A DNA stretch of 64,000 nt. Source: an uncultured delta proteobacterium. GTDB lineage: Bacteria; Myxococcota_A; Polyangia; Polyangiales; Houyiibacteriaceae. Every line of letters starts with the position of its first letter. Within the stretch, counting starts at the first letter, position 1. The notes below the pieces were generated by a model that saw only the letters and a list, made by a program, of their open reading frames with translations, did not search any database and was not told where the DNA came from. Position numbers and translations under genes: made by a program. The stretch is from the NCBI GenBank assembly GCA_963753395.1, contig CAVWBW010000008.1, positions 206,511 through 270,510 of the forward strand, written 5' to 3'. Below, in pieces: positions 26,316 to 37,448 of the stretch.

Positions 26316-26923
26316 TGGGATTGCTCCGTGTTCTCCGGCAGCTGACTCAACTGCAGCGCGCGGACGTATTGAACGATGGCCCAACGGTCATCGACGGGAA
26401 TGTTGTGCGCGTATGCCGGCATGTTGCGGAGGCCATTCTTGATCGTCGCGTACAGCTGGCCGTCGGGAATGTGCCGCAGGCGGTCGTCGTGAAAGCTCGG
26501 CGCAACGAGGCCGCTCGCGCCGAGAGCCTCAGCGCGACGGGAGACCATGCCCTTGCCGTCACCCGCTACCGAATGACACGGGGCGCAGTAGATCTCGTAC
26601 CTCTCTTGTCCGCGAGAGACGAACGCCGCGCGGCCGCCGTTGCGCTTTGCGATGCCCTCGGGAGTCTCCATCAACCAGTTCTCGTCCTTCGCGTCCCGGC
26701 CGGTCGCCCAATGGATGAACTTCTCCGCCTCGCGAGGCACTGAGCCATCGACGCCAGGCCGCATCGAGCGCTGGTCCGCGAAGAACGGCTGCCGCTCCTG
26801 GGTGTCGTAGCGCGGCTGGTTGTACATGTTGCGAATGCCCACGATCGGAGGCTCGCTGCTCTCGGCTCCGATGCATCCGGCGACCAGCGTCGCCAACACC
26901 AGCGTGGCGAAAAGAGCACGCAT
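26312..26923 (-). CDS. actE: Alternative Complex III subunit ActE (monoheme cytochrome c lipoprotein)
   Basis: MRALFATLVLATLVAGC lipobox and a single CAPCH motif. TGATG overlap with actD. Confidence 0.85.
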   Translation of the reverse strand: MRALFATLVLATLVAGCIGAESSEPPIVGIRNMYNQPRYDTQERQPFFADQRSMRPGVDGSVPREAEKFIHWATGRDAKDENWLMETPEGIAKRNGGRAAFVSRGQERYEIYCAPCHSVAGDGKGMVSRRAEALGASGLVAPSFHDDRLRHIPDGQLYATIKNGLRNMPAYAHNIPVDDRWAIVQYVRALQLSQLPENTEQSQ

Positions 26924-27501
26924 CACAGCACCTCCTCCTCGACGAGCTCGAGGTAGGTCGGGTTGGTGGACTCGAGCAGCGCCTTCGTCCGGTCGAGGTC
27001 GAACTTGCCATCGTCGGCTTCGATTGAGATGAAAAATTTGTCGTCGGTGGCCGCCTCGAAACGGTCGGACTCGAAGATCGGATGATTGTGCTGGGGCAGC
27101 TTGATGATGCCGAGCAAACCAAAGAGCGTCGCGAAACCACACAGCAGAATCCCGAGCTCGAACATGATGGGAACCATCGACGGGAAGGCCCCCGGCGGCT
27201 TGCCACCAACGACTAGCGGGTAACCGGCGCCGATGTTCAACAGGTCGAACGAAAAAGCGTTCGTGTATTGCATCATGACCACCGCCGTACCGACACCGAT
27301 CATGCCGAAGATGAACGAGATCACACCGATGCGGGTCGGCGGAAGGCCCATCGCCTCGTCCATGCCGTGCATTGGGTACGGCGTGTGGCAGTCCCAGCTT
27401 TGGTAGCCGGCGTCACGCACCTTCATCGCCGCGCTAGCGAGCGCGTTCGGGGTATCGTACTCGGCCAGGTAGAGAGCAGGCTTTTTGGTTTCGTTAGCCA
27501 T
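26923..27501 (-). CDS. actD: Alternative Complex III subunit ActD (DUF3341-like)
   Basis: LYLAEYDTPNALASAAMKVRDAGYQSWDCHTPYPMHGMDEAMG followed by two TM segments. Start is ATG 27501 (or GTG 27513). Confidence 0.82.
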   Translation of the reverse strand: MANETKKPALYLAEYDTPNALASAAMKVRDAGYQSWDCHTPYPMHGMDEAMGLPPTRIGVISFIFGMIGVGTAVVMMQYTNAFSFDLLNIGAGYPLVVGGKPPGAFPSMVPIMFELGILLCGFATLFGLLGIIKLPQHNHPIFESDRFEAATDDKFFISIEADDGKFDLDRTKALLESTNPTYLELVEEEVL

Positions 27502-27509
27502 GATTTGCC

Positions 27510-28973
<1,464 letters not shown>

Positions 28974-28979
28974 TGGTTT

Positions 28980-31900
28980 TTACCCATTTCCCTTCAACTT
29001 GGGGTTTGGGTTCCGGATTCGCGCGAGGAACGAAGTCCGCGGCCGCGTGCCAATCTCCGCGAGGAGCTTGTAGTTGCGGTTGACCTCGGCCCACTTCGCG
29101 ACCCTGCTCTTGGGATCGTTGAGGTCGCCGAATGCGATCGCGCTGGTAGGACAGGCCTGCTGACAAGCGCTTTTGATGTCGCCGTCCTTGAGGAAGCGGC
29201 CTTCGCGCTTTGCCGCGATCTTGCCCTCTTGGATGCGCTGCACGCAGTACGTGCACTTTTCCATCACGCCACGCATGCGCACGGTGACGTTCGGATTGAA
29301 CTGGAGCTTCCGCGACTCGGGGAAGTCCTTGTACCAACCGAACTTGTCATCCAGATGACCATGCCAATCGAGGTAGTTGAAGCGGCGCACCTTGTACGGG
29401 CAGTTGTTCGCGCAGTAGCGAGTGCCGACGCAGCGGTTGTACGCCATGTCGTTGAGGCCCTCGGGAGAGTGAACCGTCGCGTTGACCGGGCAGACGTTCT
29501 CGCAAGGTGCTTCCTCGCACTGCTGACACGTGACCGGCTGGACCGCGATCTCCGGATCGTTCTCGTCGTCGCCGACGAAGTACCGATCGATACGGAGCCA
29601 GTGCATCTCACGGCCGCGCTCGACTTCGATCTTGCCGACCGTTGGGATGTTGTTCTCGGCCTGACACGCGATGACGCAGGCGTTGCATCCGGTACAACCA
29701 TTGAGGTCGATGACCATGCCCCACTTGTGGCCCTCGCTGTAATCCTGCTGCTTCCAGAGCGGCGGCGTGGACACGGGATCGACCGAGCGGTACGAAGCGA
29801 AGTCAGGCTCGGCCTTGTACTCGTCGAGCGTCGCGTCGATGGCGATCGGGCGGCCTTCCATCCGGTCGTGCGTCTGGGTCTGCACGAGCCTGTATGTCTC
29901 GCTCAGCGCCTCGACTGCGACACCGTCGGTGAAGCCCATGCCATCGCTGTTGCGAATCGCGCCAACGTCGAAGCCCTTGCCGTTGCCGTACCGACCGGCA
30001 GCCGATCGGCCCCAGCCGAGAGTCAGCGTGATCGAATTGTCGGCGTGACCGGGGACAATCCAAGCCGGAACTTCTACGCTGGCTTCACCCTTGGTGAGCC
30101 GGAGCATCTGCCCGTTCTTCGCCCCGAGCGCCCTAGCGGTCCCCGGCGAAAGCAGCGCTGCATTGTCCCAGACGAGCTTGGTCATCGGGTTTGGCAGCTC
30201 GAGCGCCCATAGATTGTTCGCGTGGGTGCCATCCCAGAGCGCGGGGTCAGGCTCGAAGGTCACCTCGAAGTTGCCGACGCCGAGCTTGCTCGGATTGGCG
30301 GCCTTGCCAGCAGACGTGGCTAGGGCGTCCGCGATCCCTTCGGCGCGAACGCTCCCTTCGCCGGCCTGCGCCCTCAAGAGCACACCGTTGTGGAGCCCTG
30401 CGCGCCAGATCTGCGCTTGGCTCAGCCCCTCTGGGTTGAAGCCGACTAGCAGCAGACCGACCGTCGTCTTGTCGATCTTCTCTTTGTGCGTGGCTTGGAC
30501 GATGTCGTGGGACTTGGTCGTCTTCTCGCCCGCAATCGTGGCCAAGAGCTCGATTGCGTTGCGGCCACCGTAGAGCGGCGCGATCAGTGGCTGCTGGACC
30601 GCGACGCTGCCGTCGAGTGCTTGCTGGTCGCCCCAGCTCTCGAGCTCGTGCGACATCGGCACGTGCCAGGAGCAAAGTTCCGACGTCTCGTCGCGATGAC
30701 TCGAAAGGTGCACCGAGGTGAGTCCTTCGCGCGCGAGCAGCTCGCCGAACTTCACATCCGCCGGCGCATCGTAAACCGGGTTACCGCCGAGAATGAAGAG
30801 CGTCGAGACGCTCTCTTGTTCGGCTGCGAGTGCCGTAATGCCTGCACGGCTCGCGGTGTCCTCGCTGTCGATGACCGGGCTGAGATAAGCTGTCTTTTTG
30901 GCATTGCCGAGCGCCTCGTTGATGGCGAAGGTCAACGCATGGACGATCGGCGGTTGGGCTGAGCCGGCAACGACGACCGAGCGGCCGCGATTGGCCACGA
31001 GATCGTCCGCAGCGGCGCCGAGAAAGGCGAGGTCGATGCCCTCGACATCGATCCCACCCTTGAGCTTGCCGATTAGATCGCCAAGCGGCATGAGCGCTTG
31101 GATGCCGCGACCCGCCAGCTCGACGACGAGCAATCGCGTGAAGCGCTCGATGTCCCGGCTTGGAATGCGCAGACGATGGTCCGCCATTCCACCGGTCACG
31201 GAGTAGCTCGACTCCGCGACGTAGAGGCGGGCCATCGGGGAGCTCGGCTTGGTGATGCCGCGCGGCACCACGAACTGCCTACCCGCCACCGTGGAACCGG
31301 GCTCGTTGCCGAGGAAGTCGGCGCCGAGCGAGACGTTGACCATGGACTGCCCAAAGTCGTAGACCGGGTACACCGTCGTGCCGAAGGCGATCCGCGCACC
31401 CTCACGGACGTTGTCGTCGTCGACCGAGCTGTACGTGTAGAACTTCGCCTTTGGGAACTTGGCGAGAACCTGGCCGCGCATGCGCCGGAACGAAGGGCTG
31501 TTCGAAATCGGCGCGAGGAACCGGAGGCCGGCGCCTTCGTCGCCCTCGTGCTTCTTGACCAAGCCCTTGAGCGCCTTGTCGAACGCCTCATCGGAGCTGT
31601 TGGCGAGCGCGCTGCCGCTGCGCTGCGCCGGCGACTGCGAGCGATCAGGATCGTAGAGGTCCCAGACGTAAGCCTGGGCCCGCACATCGGTGCCTCCAAA
31701 GCTTCGCGTGTGCTGCTCGTTGCCCTCGACTTTCGTCGGGCGGCCATCGTGGCTCGTCACCACCACACCGAGCGTGTCGCGGCCACGCGCAGTCACGGTT
31801 GCAAAGTGCGACGGAATGCCAGGCACCAAGTATTCGGGCGCCTTGCTGTACGGAAGAATCTCGCTTTCCGGGCGGCGAATGCAGCCTTGCAGACCGGCAG

Positions 31901-32105
31901 CCAGCGCCGCGATCGACGATCCCTGAACAAACGATCGTCGAGACACGAGCGCCTTCGGGCTCAGCAGATCGGTGACGAAACCGCCTGGCTTCTCTTCCTG
32001 TGCAAGCCGCGTCAGCTCTTCCGGATCGGTGCTCTTGTCTTCGAGCGTCCGCCACATCGATGGACCCTTGCCCGGGCTCAGCTCGTACGATTTTCTACGG
32101 GTCAT
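28980..32105 (-). CDS. actB: Alternative Complex III subunit ActB (molybdopterin-oxidoreductase-like domain fused to a 4Fe-4S ferredoxin domain)
   Basis: Tat-like SRRSFVQGSS. C-terminal cluster motifs are CTGCNACVIAC, CQQCEEAPCENVCP, CVGTRYCANNCP and CTYCVQR. Start trimmed to ATG 32105 (ATGA overlap with actA). Confidence 0.92.
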   Translation of the reverse strand: MTRRKSYELSPGKGPSMWRTLEDKSTDPEELTRLAQEEKPGGFVTDLLSPKALVSRRSFVQGSSIAALAAGLQGCIRRPESEILPYSKAPEYLVPGIPSHFATVTARGRDTLGVVVTSHDGRPTKVEGNEQHTRSFGGTDVRAQAYVWDLYDPDRSQSPAQRSGSALANSSDEAFDKALKGLVKKHEGDEGAGLRFLAPISNSPSFRRMRGQVLAKFPKAKFYTYSSVDDDNVREGARIAFGTTVYPVYDFGQSMVNVSLGADFLGNEPGSTVAGRQFVVPRGITKPSSPMARLYVAESSYSVTGGMADHRLRIPSRDIERFTRLLVVELAGRGIQALMPLGDLIGKLKGGIDVEGIDLAFLGAAADDLVANRGRSVVVAGSAQPPIVHALTFAINEALGNAKKTAYLSPVIDSEDTASRAGITALAAEQESVSTLFILGGNPVYDAPADVKFGELLAREGLTSVHLSSHRDETSELCSWHVPMSHELESWGDQQALDGSVAVQQPLIAPLYGGRNAIELLATIAGEKTTKSHDIVQATHKEKIDKTTVGLLLVGFNPEGLSQAQIWRAGLHNGVLLRAQAGEGSVRAEGIADALATSAGKAANPSKLGVGNFEVTFEPDPALWDGTHANNLWALELPNPMTKLVWDNAALLSPGTARALGAKNGQMLRLTKGEASVEVPAWIVPGHADNSITLTLGWGRSAAGRYGNGKGFDVGAIRNSDGMGFTDGVAVEALSETYRLVQTQTHDRMEGRPIAIDATLDEYKAEPDFASYRSVDPVSTPPLWKQQDYSEGHKWGMVIDLNGCTGCNACVIACQAENNIPTVGKIEVERGREMHWLRIDRYFVGDDENDPEIAVQPVTCQQCEEAPCENVCPVNATVHSPEGLNDMAYNRCVGTRYCANNCPYKVRRFNYLDWHGHLDDKFGWYKDFPESRKLQFNPNVTVRMRGVMEKCTYCVQRIQEGKIAAKREGRFLKDGDIKSACQQACPTSAIAFGDLNDPKSRVAKWAEVNRNYKLLAEIGTRPRTSFLARIRNPNPKLKGNG

Positions 32106-32740
32106 CGGTGGCACCCCGAACAGTTCATCGGTGGGTTGAGGGCCGCTGCGACCGCGGCGCGCTGGGCGAGCCAGGCTTCGTCGGCTTCCCACTTCATATT
32201 CGTGACCTCGCTCTTGGGCCGGATGTGCTCCTCAGGATTGCGGTGGCAATCGAGGCACCACTGCATCGCGATTGGCTCCACGACGCCGACGACCTCCATC
32301 TGGTCGACCCGACCATGGCAGGACTCGCAGCCGACGCCGGCGTTCAAGTGCACGCTGTGATTGAAGAAAGCGTGGTCGGGAACCTGGTGCACACGCACCC
32401 ATGGTACCGACTCGTCGGTCTCCCAGCTCTCCCGCACCGCCTCGAGCTTCTGGGACTCCGTGTGGACGACCGAATGGCAGCCCATGCAGGTCTGCGTCGG
32501 CGGCACCATCGCTTCGTGCGAGCGCTCCACTTGGGAATGGCAATAGCGACAGTCCAGGCCGAGCTCTCCGGCGTGTAGACGGTGGCTGTATTCAACGGGC
32601 TGCTTCGGCGTGTAGCCAACCTGTAGGTTGGGCGGCGTGAAGTAGACCCAGAACAGAATGAACACGCCTGCGCCCAGGCCACCGGCGACGACCGCCAACG
32701 CTAGGGGCAAGTAGTTCAACTCGCGGGGGAAAATCTGCAT
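32102..32740 (-). CDS. actA: Alternative Complex III subunit ActA (pentaheme cytochrome c)
   Basis: Five CxxCH motifs (CRYCH, CMGCH, CESCH, CLDCH, CSGCH) and an N-terminal TM anchor. Start trimmed to ATG 32740 (MQIFPRELNYLPLALAVV). Confidence 0.92.
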   Translation of the reverse strand: MQIFPRELNYLPLALAVVAGGLGAGVFILFWVYFTPPNLQVGYTPKQPVEYSHRLHAGELGLDCRYCHSQVERSHEAMVPPTQTCMGCHSVVHTESQKLEAVRESWETDESVPWVRVHQVPDHAFFNHSVHLNAGVGCESCHGRVDQMEVVGVVEPIAMQWCLDCHRNPEEHIRPKSEVTNMKWEADEAWLAQRAAVAAALNPPMNCSGCHR

Positions 32741-32961
32741 GCTGCGTTTTCTCTTGAGTCCTCTCGGCGTCCGGCCGCCATGTAGGCGAAGCTCGGGGAT
32801 CAGACAAGTCGGTTCGGCGATTTTCGACGAACGAGATCCTGGGGGCGCTCGCGCGGTGGAACCGCGCCCGACTCTTCCGCTCCTCGCGAGCCCGCTAGGG
32901 CCGCTCCAAGTCCCGGTCAACCCTGGAGCGATGGCCTATATCCCCGCCCAGGCGAAAATGG

Positions 32962-33627
32962 TCAAGCCTTCGGATCGACGCGAACACCGACTGCGAGCCC
33001 GTCCGGTGTCGGGATGCAGACCGAGCGATAGTGGCGCGCCATCTCCTCGTGGAAGCGTCGCATCGCCTTGGCGTCCTCGCTCTCGTCGAGCAGCCTGCCG
33101 AATAGATACGCGTTGTCGCCGATCAAGAGCCCTCCCGGGCGAAGATTCTCGGTCGCCCATCGGCCGTACGAATCGTAGCTCCCCTTGTCTGCGTCCAGGA
33201 AAACGGCACAAAATGGGCCAGAATCACGGAGCTTCGGAAGAGCGTCCGCCGCGTCTCCTTTAACTAGGGTGACGCGATCCCCGAGGCCGGCTTCTCCGAT
33301 CACCTCCGCTGCGACCCCTGCGTGGAGCGGATCGGCCTCGATGGTCCATAGATGGCCACCCGGAGGGAGTGCGCGGGCCATCCACAAGGCCGAATAGCCC
33401 GCAAGCGTCCCGATCTCGACGATTTTGCGGGCGCCGACAAGGCGCACAAGCAGCTCGAGGAGTCGCCCTTCGGCCGGACCGAGTTGGATCTCGGGCATCC
33501 CGTGCCGGCTCGGCGCCTCGAATGCGCGCTGGAGCGCACGGTCGCCCGGGTGGTGGGTCCGGGCGGCGTAGTCGAGGATTTGTGCGCTGGCGTACCGCTC
33601 ACCTGCCCTCGAATCCTGATCAGCCAT
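32962..33627 (-). CDS. class I SAM-dependent O-methyltransferase (caffeoyl-CoA OMT-like)
   Basis: VEIGTLAGYSALWMA SAM-binding motif and FLDADKGSY. Start trimmed to ATG 33627 (MADQDSRAG...). Confidence 0.85.
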   Translation of the reverse strand: MADQDSRAGERYASAQILDYAARTHHPGDRALQRAFEAPSRHGMPEIQLGPAEGRLLELLVRLVGARKIVEIGTLAGYSALWMARALPPGGHLWTIEADPLHAGVAAEVIGEAGLGDRVTLVKGDAADALPKLRDSGPFCAVFLDADKGSYDSYGRWATENLRPGGLLIGDNAYLFGRLLDESEDAKAMRRFHEEMARHYRSVCIPTPDGLAVGVRVDPKA

Positions 33628-33700
33628 GAATTCTCCGAAACATTGTGAATTGTTTCCCTTAGTATCGATATTTTCCGTTGGCACCGTTACAATCCAGGTT

Positions 33701-35701
33701 GTGCCAAGACCGTCGTCACCGCCGCCGGCGCCACCTCCGAATACGCCACTCGGCAACTACACGTTGGTTGACCGTATTGCAGTTGGGGGGATGGCGGAAG
33801 TGTTTCGTGCGCTCGAGCCGCGCGCGGTCGGTGAGCCGCGGGTCGTCGTTCTCAAGCGAATGCTTCCGCACATCGCCGAGGAGTCGAACGCGCAGGAGAT
33901 GTTCGCCGAAGAGGCGCGACTCGCGAGTCAGATCACACACCCCAACGTCGTGCACGTTCTCGGCCATGGCGAGATCGCCGGGCAGCCCTACCTAACGCTC
34001 GAGTACGTGCCCGGCTGCGATCTCTGGCGGCTCAACCGACGGCTGACGCTGCACAGCAAGCGACTCGAGCACGACCTCGTCGTCTACTTGGTGCGGCAGA
34101 TCCTCTGCGGCTTGGATGGGGTGCACAGCGCCACCGATGCTGCGGGCGGCGCGCTCGGCATCGTGCACCGCGATATCAGCCCCTCGAACGTGCTCATCTC
34201 AATTCATGGGGATGTGAAGATCGCGGACTTTGGCATCGCGCGCGCTGCGAACGTCAACGCGTTCGACGTGGACACCGCTGCGCGGGCGAACGGCAAGCTC
34301 GGCTACCTGGCTCCGGAACAGGTGTCCGGCGGGGACATCGACCTACGCGCGGATCTGTTCTCGGCAGGTGTCATTGCGGCAGAGCTCTTCATGCGGCGGC
34401 CGTTGTTTGCGGGCGGCAGCGAGCTCGCAGTGCTGTTGGCGATCCGGGACGCGGAGGTACATCCGTTCGTCGAGTTCCTCCCGCAGCTTCCGGAAGGTCT
34501 CGGCTCTGTGATCTTGAGCGCGCTCTCGGCAAACCCCGAAGAACGGCCTCCAACAGCGCGCGCGTTCTGGGCAGCGCTCGAACCTTGGCAAAGCCGCCCA
34601 GAGGAAGTGCTCCGCGCCGAGCTAGCCGCGATGGTCGGCTCGATCGCTTGCGAAACGAGGACACGGAAGACCTCCGCGGACACCATCCCCAAGGCAACGA
34701 TGCCGCCGACGCCCCTGGTGCTGGCCGACGAGCATCCAAGCACGACGAACGTCACGCCGCTCGAATACAAGATCCGCAAGCCGAACGGCGCGACCGTCGG
34801 CCCGCTTGCATACGCCAAGGTCGTCGAGGCCGTAGCGACCGGTCAGGTCGACGGTGGCGACCAAATCAGCATCGCGGGCGGTGACTTCCAACCGCTGTCG
34901 TCGGTCCAAGATCTCTATCGCCACGTGCCGCCCTCGCGCATGACGCCAACGACGACCCGCATAGAGTCCGCCACTGCCGCAGACCGAAGCGTAGACTTCG
35001 AGGATGGCGGCTTCGTGGTCGCGTTGGCACGCACGTTGGTCACGCGACGCACCGGCTTGTGGCTGTGCGAGCAAGGTGGCGTGCGCAAGGAGGTCTACGC
35101 GAAGCAGGGCGTGCCTGCGTTCGTGACGAGCAATCTCGCGGGCGAATTGCTCGGCGAGTACCTCGTGAAGAAGCGCGTGATCAACCGAAGCGAGCTCGAC
35201 ATGGCGCTCGCGGTCATGCCGCGGTTCGAGGGCAAGCTCGGCGACACACTCGTCGCGCTCGGTCTCGTCGAACCGCTCGACCTCTTCCAACACATCGCCG
35301 AGCAGGTCCGGGAAAAGCTTCTCGACCTATTCACTTGGGCGTCCGGCACCGCGACCTTCTACGAGGGCGTAGACCCGCCTAGCAGCGGCTTCCCGCTGCG
35401 TCTCGACGCCTGGGAGATCCTCGACCAGGGGATTCAGCGGCGCATCTCGGAGGGATTCGAGAGTCAGCTCATCCTCGAACGCGGGCAGGACCACATCGTC
35501 CAAGCCGATCGCATCGACACCGCGATCGCGACCACCGCCCTCCCCGATGACGTCCGGGCAGCGCTGCTGCTGTGCAAGACGCCGCATACGATCGAAGAAG
35601 TGGCGCAATTCGTCACCGGGCAGCCGTCCAGTACCGACCCTCAACGGGGGTATCGGGTCGCGGCGATGCTGCTCAGCCTGGGCGCCGTCCACTGGACGTG
35701 A
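33701..35701 (+). CDS. Ser/Thr protein kinase with C-terminal GYF_2-like and DUF4388-like regions
   Basis: VGGMAEVF, HRDISPSNVLI, DFGIAR and GKLGYLAPEQ kinase motifs. The first 25 codons after ATG 33626 are AT-rich with low GC3, so GTG 33701 is preferred as the start. The start is uncertain. Confidence 0.85.
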   Translation: MPRPSSPPPAPPPNTPLGNYTLVDRIAVGGMAEVFRALEPRAVGEPRVVVLKRMLPHIAEESNAQEMFAEEARLASQITHPNVVHVLGHGEIAGQPYLTLEYVPGCDLWRLNRRLTLHSKRLEHDLVVYLVRQILCGLDGVHSATDAAGGALGIVHRDISPSNVLISIHGDVKIADFGIARAANVNAFDVDTAARANGKLGYLAPEQVSGGDIDLRADLFSAGVIAAELFMRRPLFAGGSELAVLLAIRDAEVHPFVEFLPQLPEGLGSVILSALSANPEERPPTARAFWAALEPWQSRPEEVLRAELAAMVGSIACETRTRKTSADTIPKATMPPTPLVLADEHPSTTNVTPLEYKIRKPNGATVGPLAYAKVVEAVATGQVDGGDQISIAGGDFQPLSSVQDLYRHVPPSRMTPTTTRIESATAADRSVDFEDGGFVVALARTLVTRRTGLWLCEQGGVRKEVYAKQGVPAFVTSNLAGELLGEYLVKKRVINRSELDMALAVMPRFEGKLGDTLVALGLVEPLDLFQHIAEQVREKLLDLFTWASGTATFYEGVDPPSSGFPLRLDAWEILDQGIQRRISEGFESQLILERGQDHIVQADRIDTAIATTALPDDVRAALLLCKTPHTIEEVAQFVTGQPSSTDPQRGYRVAAMLLSLGAVHWT

Positions 35702-35785
35702 CACCGGGCCCTGCGCTCCTTGACCCCTCTCTGAGCGGCTGCTAGCTGTCGCCCGGCTTTCTGGCCGAATTCCATAGGAGTAGCC

Positions 35786-37375
35786 ATGTCCATCGTACGC
35801 GTCCTCGTCTCTGACAAGCTCTCGGAAGCGGGCCTCTCGGTCTTGCGGGAAGCCGCTGACGTCGAGCTCGAATTCCGGCCCGGCATGAACGAAGACGAGC
35901 TCTGCAGCGTCATCGGAGACTTTGACGGTCTAATCATCCGCTCTGCCACGCAGGTCACGGCGCGCGTGGTCGAGGCGGCAGACAAGCTCCGGGTAGTGGG
36001 CCGCGCCGGCATCGGCGTCGACAACGTCGACATCCCGGCCGCCAGCCGCCGTGGCATCGTCGTGATGAACACCCCGACCGGAAACTCGGTCACGACCGCA
36101 GAGCACGCCCTCGCCCTCCTCGCTGCGCTCTCCCGCAAGATCCCGCAGGCCGTCGCATCGATGCGCAGCGGCAAGTGGGAGAAGAGCAAGTTCCAGGGCC
36201 GGGAGATCGCCTACAAGACGCTTGGCATCATCGGCCTCGGCAACATCGGTCGCATCGTCGCAGATCGCGCGCAGGGCCTGAAGATGAAAGTCATCGGCGT
36301 GGACCCCGTGATGAGCAGCGACCGCGCCGCCGAGCTCGGCATCGAGCTGGTGGAGCTCGATGAGCTTTTCCGGCGCGCCGACTTTCTGACGATTCACGCG
36401 CCGCTCACCCCCGACACGAAGAACATGATCAACGATGCGGCGTTCGACAAGATGAAGAACGACGCATTGATCGTGAACGCCGCTCGCGGCGGCATCGTCG
36501 ACGAGGAAGCCCTCGCCCGCGCCATCCAAGAGGGAAAGATCGCCGGCGCCGCGCTGGACGTGTTTGGCCAAGAGCCGATCGACCCCGAAAACCCGCTGCT
36601 CGCCCTCGACGCCGTGCTGTGCACCCCCCACCTCGGTGCTTCGACGTCCGAGGCACAGGAGCGGGTCGCAGTGGAAATCGCCGAACAGGCCGTCGCCTAC
36701 TTGCAACTCGGCATCGTGAAGAACGCGGTCAATGTACCGACGCTTCCGCCTGAAACTGCAGAGCGTCTCGCGCCATACCTCGAGGTGGCCAAGGGTCTTG
36801 GAAGCATCGTCGGCCAACTGGATCCGGTCGACGTTCGAGAGCTTCGCGTCACTTGCACCGGCGAGGCGGGCGAGCTCGGTGTGACCCCCATTGCGCGCGC
36901 AGCCTTGGCGGGCTTCCTCGAACACCACCTCGAAGAGCCCGTCAGCCCAATCAGCGCGCCGTACGAAGCTCAGGAGCGCGGCATTCGTCTCGCCGAGGTC
37001 AAAGAGGCGAGCGACCTCTATGCAGCCGCGATCCGCGTGACCGTGTCCGGTGAGAAGGGGAGCCACACGGCAACGGGCGTCCCGGGCCGCAATGGGGAAC
37101 CTCGCCTCGTAGCGCTCGACGGCTACGAGATCGACGCTGTCCTCGAAGGCTCCATCATCATGATGCGCAACCTCGACCGCCCTGGCGTGATCGGGTCAGT
37201 GGGAACTGTGCTCGGCAACCGCGGGATCAACGTGTCTCGGATGCAACTCGGCCTCGACGAGAAGACCGGCCAGGCCCTCGCGCTCTACAACGTCGACACA
37301 CCGGTCGAGGACGGCGCGCTCGACGACCTTCGCAAGATCGAAAACGTCAGCAGCGTGCACAACCTGAGGCTCTGA
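35786..37375 (+). CDS. serA: D-3-phosphoglycerate dehydrogenase
   Basis: 529 aa with a 2-hydroxyacid dehydrogenase NAD-binding core (GIIGLGNIGRIVA) and a C-terminal ACT domain. AGGAG lies upstream of the ATG. Confidence 0.92.
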   Translation: MSIVRVLVSDKLSEAGLSVLREAADVELEFRPGMNEDELCSVIGDFDGLIIRSATQVTARVVEAADKLRVVGRAGIGVDNVDIPAASRRGIVVMNTPTGNSVTTAEHALALLAALSRKIPQAVASMRSGKWEKSKFQGREIAYKTLGIIGLGNIGRIVADRAQGLKMKVIGVDPVMSSDRAAELGIELVELDELFRRADFLTIHAPLTPDTKNMINDAAFDKMKNDALIVNAARGGIVDEEALARAIQEGKIAGAALDVFGQEPIDPENPLLALDAVLCTPHLGASTSEAQERVAVEIAEQAVAYLQLGIVKNAVNVPTLPPETAERLAPYLEVAKGLGSIVGQLDPVDVRELRVTCTGEAGELGVTPIARAALAGFLEHHLEEPVSPISAPYEAQERGIRLAEVKEASDLYAAAIRVTVSGEKGSHTATGVPGRNGEPRLVALDGYEIDAVLEGSIIMMRNLDRPGVIGSVGTVLGNRGINVSRMQLGLDEKTGQALALYNVDTPVEDGALDDLRKIENVSSVHNLRL

Positions 37376-37448
37376 GATGCCCCCTTCGGCGCGACAGCGA
37401 CGGACCGGGAGCTCAGCGCCGCTCAGCTCCTCGAGCTCCGAGCTGCCG

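Noticed and set aside
33679-33695. Sigma-54-like TGGCAC element upstream of the kinase
   Set aside because: The -12 element (TTGC) is absent at the required spacing; the sequence there is CGTTACAAT.
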